Shown here: positions 60,869 to 64,000 of the stretch, piece after piece
Layout: each line of letters starts with the position of its first letter
Position numbering within the stretch: the stretch's first letter is position 1
Assembly (NCBI GenBank): GCA_020852275.1
Contig: JADZBE010000013.1
Span: 200,650-264,649 of the forward strand
Reading direction: 5' to 3'
DNA length: 64,000 bases
DNA from: Phycisphaerales bacterium
GTDB taxonomy: Bacteria > Planctomycetota > Phycisphaerae > UBA1845
Program-made: the position numbers and the translations under genes
The notes under the pieces: model-generated
The model's input: the letters and a program-made list of their open reading frames with translations, nothing else
Database searches by the model: none
Told to the model about the DNA's origin: nothing

Positions 60869-61515
60869 CCCCGCTTCTTCGACTGCCGCACGATGACGAA
60901 CCCGCCATCAGGACCGGGCACGCCGCCGCGGACCAGCAGCAGGTTGTCCTCCACGTCCACGCCGACCAGCCGCTGGTTCTGCAGCGTGCGACGCACGTCG
61001 CCGGTATGCCCGGCCATGCGTTTGCCCTTCTTGACCGCGCGACCGTGACCGCGCGGCGCGCCGCCGCCGATGCTGCCCGGCGAACGGTGCTTCCGCTCCG
61101 TTCCGTGCGAGGCGCCCATGCCGCCGAACCCGTACCGGCGCATCACGCCCATCGTTCCCTTGCCCTTGGTCACGCCCACCACGTCGCAGAACTTCACCGC
61201 GTCGCCGCCGAACATCTCCACCGTCAGCACGTCGCCCGGCTGCTGCGTCGGGGCCTCGTCGAGGCGGATTTCACGCACAAACCGCTTCGGTCCGGTCGCC
61301 GCCTTGCCCGCGTGACCAATCAAGGCCTTCGTCGAGCGGTGCGGCTTCACATCGCCGAACCCGACCTGCAGAGCGTTGTAGCCGTCCGTCTCCGCGTTCT
61401 TCACCTGGAGCACGACGCACGGACCCGCCTGGATCACCGTCACCGGGTGAACCACCCCATGCTCGTCCGTGATCCGGGTCATCCCCAGTTTGCGTCCGAA
61501 GATCGTCGGTCTCAT
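60865..61515 (-). CDS. rplC: 50S ribosomal protein L3
   Basis: Likely start ATG 61515 after GGTGGAG. MRPTIFGRKLGMTRI. The track start 61566 over-extends. Confidence 0.95.
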   Translation of the reverse strand: MRPTIFGRKLGMTRITDEHGVVHPVTVIQAGPCVVLQVKNAETDGYNALQVGFGDVKPHRSTKALIGHAGKAATGPKRFVREIRLDEAPTQQPGDVLTVEMFGGDAVKFCDVVGVTKGKGTMGVMRRYGFGGMGASHGTERKHRSPGSIGGGAPRGHGRAVKKGKRMAGHTGDVRRTLQNQRLVGVDVEDNLLLVRGGVPGPDGGFVIVRQSKKRG

Positions 61516-61620
61516 GACACTCCACCATCCCCGCCCGGCCAAGCCGGTCGGCAATTCAACCCTCATCCGCCCGATGAAAGCTCAGGCGGCCTGCTTGTTA
61601 GAACGAGAATCGACCCGACT

Positions 61621-61661
61621 GAAAATGAAAAACGGCGCGACTCACGTTGAGTCTTGCGCCG
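61621..61661 (-). terminator. Intrinsic-terminator-like hairpin plus U-tract immediately after the rpsJ stop
   Basis: Minus strand: GGCGCAAGACTCA-ACG-TGAGTCGCGCC followed by GTTTTTCATTTTC. 11 paired positions with a 2-nt bulge. Confidence 0.5.
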
Positions 61662-61663
61662 CG

Positions 61664-61975
61664 TCAGGTCTTGATCCTGATGAAAACGCCCGGATTCACC
61701 GTCATGCGATTCAGGGCTTCAACCGTCCGGGGATTCGGATCGTGGATGTCGATGATCCGCTTGTGCGTGCGGATCTCAAACTGCTCCCGGGACTTCTTAT
61801 CCACATGGGGACTTCGAAGAACCGTGTACTTCTCCACCCGCGTGGGCAGGGGAATCGGACCCCGAACCTTCGCGCTCGTCCGCTTCGCCTGGTCGACGAT
61901 TTCTTTCGCCGACAGATCCAGCGACCGCGGATCGTACGCCTCCATTCGAATCCGGATTTTCAATCCCTTGCTCAC
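61664..61975 (-). CDS. rpsJ: 30S ribosomal protein S10
   Basis: [41 protein letters not shown]; GTG start. Confidence 0.97.
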   Translation of the reverse strand: MSKGLKIRIRMEAYDPRSLDLSAKEIVDQAKRTSAKVRGPIPLPTRVEKYTVLRSPHVDKKSREQFEIRTHKRIIDIHDPNPRTVEALNRMTVNPGVFIRIKT

Positions 61976-62048
61976 CGACGAATGCCCTCAAAAAACCGGT
62001 CGTTTTCGCCTGTTCATTCACGCGCGGCTCGAATGCCGCAGATCGGTG

Positions 62049-62076
62049 AGCTTATGCGCCGCCCGATCCTTGTCAA
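62049..62076 (-). promoter_or_regulatory. Candidate sigma70-type promoter of the S10 operon
   Basis: Minus strand TTGACA (62076-62071), 16-nt spacer, TAAGCT (62054-62049), about 70 nt upstream of the rpsJ start. Sequence match only. Confidence 0.35.
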
Positions 62077-62289
62077 CACCCCTGCATTCCGAACTTTCCA
62101 ACCGCACGTTCCCCGTTGCGATTTGCCCTGCGGCTTTGCAACACCCGATCCCCGGGCCCTCGCCATCGAACCCGGCGGCGGATCGAACCCGCAGGCAGGC
62201 CCTGTCAGGCAGAGCCATGACGGCCCCCTTGTTTACAGTCTCAGTGGACAAAATGACCCCATGCAACATTCATACCCCATCTTCACCCT

Positions 62290-64000
62290 TCATGGATTAC
62301 GCCAAGCCACATCCCCGTCCCCGCCCGTCCTCACAACCAACCCGGCGCTCGAAAACTCAACCGTGACCGCTCCTACCTCCGCCGTGTTGAACCACTCGCG
62401 CCCCGACAACCATCCCCGCAGCGTTTCTCTTTGCCGAGCCGTTTGCGGTCCATCGGACTGAATCACCACGCGAGGGTTAACCGCCGCAATGAACTGGGGC
62501 GAATTGGTCCGCGTGCTTCCGTGGTGCGGAACGAGCAGCACCTCACTGGCCAGGCGATGCGCCTGCGTCTGTATGATCCCCGCCTGCGCCGCCGCTTCGA
62601 TGTCGCCCGTCAGCAGGATGGAGCGCCCCCTGTACGTCAGCCGCAGCACGAGTGACAGGTCGTTGGCATCCATCCCGGCTGCGGCCTCGGCGCCGGGCCA
62701 TACCTGCTCCATGCGAACGTCGCCCCCAGACCACGCGGGACCCGACGATTCCGTCTTTTCGATGACGCCTCCGCGCGAACACATCCAGTCGATCAGATGC
62801 CGCGCCGGCGAGCCGGGCGCAGACGGACCCTGAAAGAACGGCGTGACGTGCACCGTTCCCACCGGCAGAGTCTCGATCAGCCCCGGCAGACCCGAAAAGT
62901 GATCGAGGTTCGCGTGGCTGAGGAACACAGCGTCCACGCGGTTGATGCCCCGGCTGCGCAGAAACGGAACGACGGTCTGCCGCCCCACGTCAAACGGAGC
63001 GTCGCTTCCGCAGTCGTAGAGGAGCGTCCGGCCGCTGGGAAGCTCGATGACCACGGCCAATCCCGAACCCACGGACAGCGTCGTGACACGCAGGCTCTCC
63101 CGATGTTGTGATCGCTGAAGCCACGCGAATGAAAGGGAGCCGGTGATCAAAACCAAGAGACACAGCGCGGAAAGGCCCCACCTTGGCATCACCCTGGACC
63201 GCGCGGAATCGGGAAGTAACTGCGCGAACGCGCCCCACCGAGTGTGGCTGAGCGGTTCAGCTTTGAACGCCAGCGCAAACGCAATCAGCGAACCGTACCA
63301 CAGGATCATCAGCGCGATCGGCGGCGCGGGCATCGACATGATCCATGGAAACCCGGATGGAAGTCTCGCCGCCACGCTCAGCGTCAACTCCTCCAGCAGC
63401 GACATCAGCCACTTGACGGGGACCGCCGCCGCCGGCGCGACGCCGGATAGGAGCAGCGCCAGGAAACCCAGGTTCACCAGCGCCGCCGCGGGCAGCCAGA
63501 TCACCATCGTATTCAGAGGCCCCATCCACTGCACCTGGTTGAAGTGCCACGCCACCAGCGGCGCCGTCGCCACCCAGGCGCACAGCGAAACCAGCGCGGG
63601 CAGCAGCACCAGCCCCCGCAGCAGCCGGAAAGCGATCGTCGCCTTTTCCCCGTGCAGCGCGGTGGCCCGAGACCAGACATCCGAACCGGCCGGCGCGCCC
63701 GCGCGAGGCTGCCGCCGCTCGATTTGCGCCACGCGACGTCGCAGCTCGGCGGCCACGTAACCGTACTGCCAATCTTGAAACGCCTCGCGCGCGACGACTC
63801 CGCAGCGTCGAAGGGCAGGAACCAGAATCACGATCCCCCCCGCTGCCGCGAAGGAAAGCTGAAACCCCGCGGTAAACACCTGCATCGGGTCGACCCACGC
63901 GATAACCAGCGCCGCTGCCGCGAGTATGTTCACGGGGCGCGCCCGAAGATCGCCCAAACCGCCGATGCAGTACAACCCCGCGCCGATCACCGCGCGCACG
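62290..64000 (-). CDS. comEC: ComEC/Rec2 family DNA internalization protein (competence domain plus metallo-beta-lactamase domain); 5' end beyond the window
   Basis: ORF open to the window edge. Polytopic membrane region, then MBL fold motifs FLSHANLDHFSGL and LLVPHHGS. Confidence 0.88.
   Translation of the reverse strand, partial: VRAVIGAGLYCIGGLGDLRARPVNILAAAALVIAWVDPMQVFTAGFQLSFAAAGGIVILVPALRRCGVVAREAFQDWQYGYVAAELRRRVAQIERRQPRAGAPAGSDVWSRATALHGEKATIAFRLLRGLVLLPALVSLCAWVATAPLVAWHFNQVQWMGPLNTMVIWLPAAALVNLGFLALLLSGVAPAAAVPVKWLMSLLEELTLSVAARLPSGFPWIMSMPAPPIALMILWYGSLIAFALAFKAEPLSHTRWGAFAQLLPDSARSRVMPRWGLSALCLLVLITGSLSFAWLQRSQHRESLRVTTLSVGSGLAVVIELPSGRTLLYDCGSDAPFDVGRQTVVPFLRSRGINRVDAVFLSHANLDHFSGLPGLIETLPVGTVHVTPFFQGPSAPGSPARHLIDWMCSRGGVIEKTESSGPAWSGGDVRMEQVWPGAEAAAGMDANDLSLVLRLTYRGRSILLTGDIEAAAQAGIIQTQAHRLASEVLLVPHHGSTRTNSPQFIAAVNPRVVIQSDGPQTARQRETLRGWLSGREWFNTAEVGAVTVEFSSAGLVVRTGGDGDVAWRNP

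Noticed and set aside
49607-62461. Many plus-strand ORFs across the ribosomal operon (e.g. 49607..50767, 51130..52146, 57444..58556, 59745..60896, 61469..62461)
   Set aside because: All are antisense to ribosomal, secY or map genes with unmistakable conserved sequences. They are high-GC open-frame artefacts.

Overview
GC-rich (roughly two-thirds G+C by eye, not computed) bacterial chromosomal window. Gene content and repeat style suggest Planctomycetota, but that is an unverified inference. Positions 1-46 kb mix several gene classes. Housekeeping genes: partial rarA, 5-formyl-THF cyclo-ligase, ftsK, tRNA-Ser(CGA), tRNA-Glu(CUC), an EF-G paralog, dtd, rlmN. Other genes: a secreted multidomain M14 carboxypeptidase, several oxidoreductases, a YdeP-type molybdopterin enzyme, a degenerate-GGDEF/HD-GYP protein, and a MacAB/DevBCA-like efflux locus with an embedded beta-propeller gene. 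There is also a putative lipid-modification set (two CrtI-like FAD oxidoreductases, a FabZ-like and a FabI-like gene) split by two small lower-GC accessory islets. Five toxin-antitoxin-type loci are present: RHH/MazF, DUF4258-like/MqsA-like, PIN plus a 62-aa ORF, VapBC, and HEPN/MNT with the HEPN gene broken by an in-frame TAA. Positions 46-62 kb hold a complete S10-spc-alpha ribosomal super-operon on the minus strand (rpsJ to rplQ, including secY, map and rpoA, but lacking rpmD, adk and infA), with a partial comEC upstream. I recognised no rRNA, CRISPR array, integrase or transposase. The most unusual content is non-coding. It includes a 62-bp tandem array of paired hairpins, a TIR-bounded MITE-like element in two copies, nested-hairpin elements (one inside the spc operon), heptamer-periodic microsatellites in five spacers, and GC-rich repeats sitting in frame inside CDSs. 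I found no convincing new multi-gene system. The best candidates are the NTase/PIN/62-aa cassette (23.7-25.2 kb), the interrupted lipid gene set (22-29.3 kb) and the hairpin array (34.9-35.3 kb). Many long ORFs in the six-frame track are antisense or alternate-frame artefacts of high GC.
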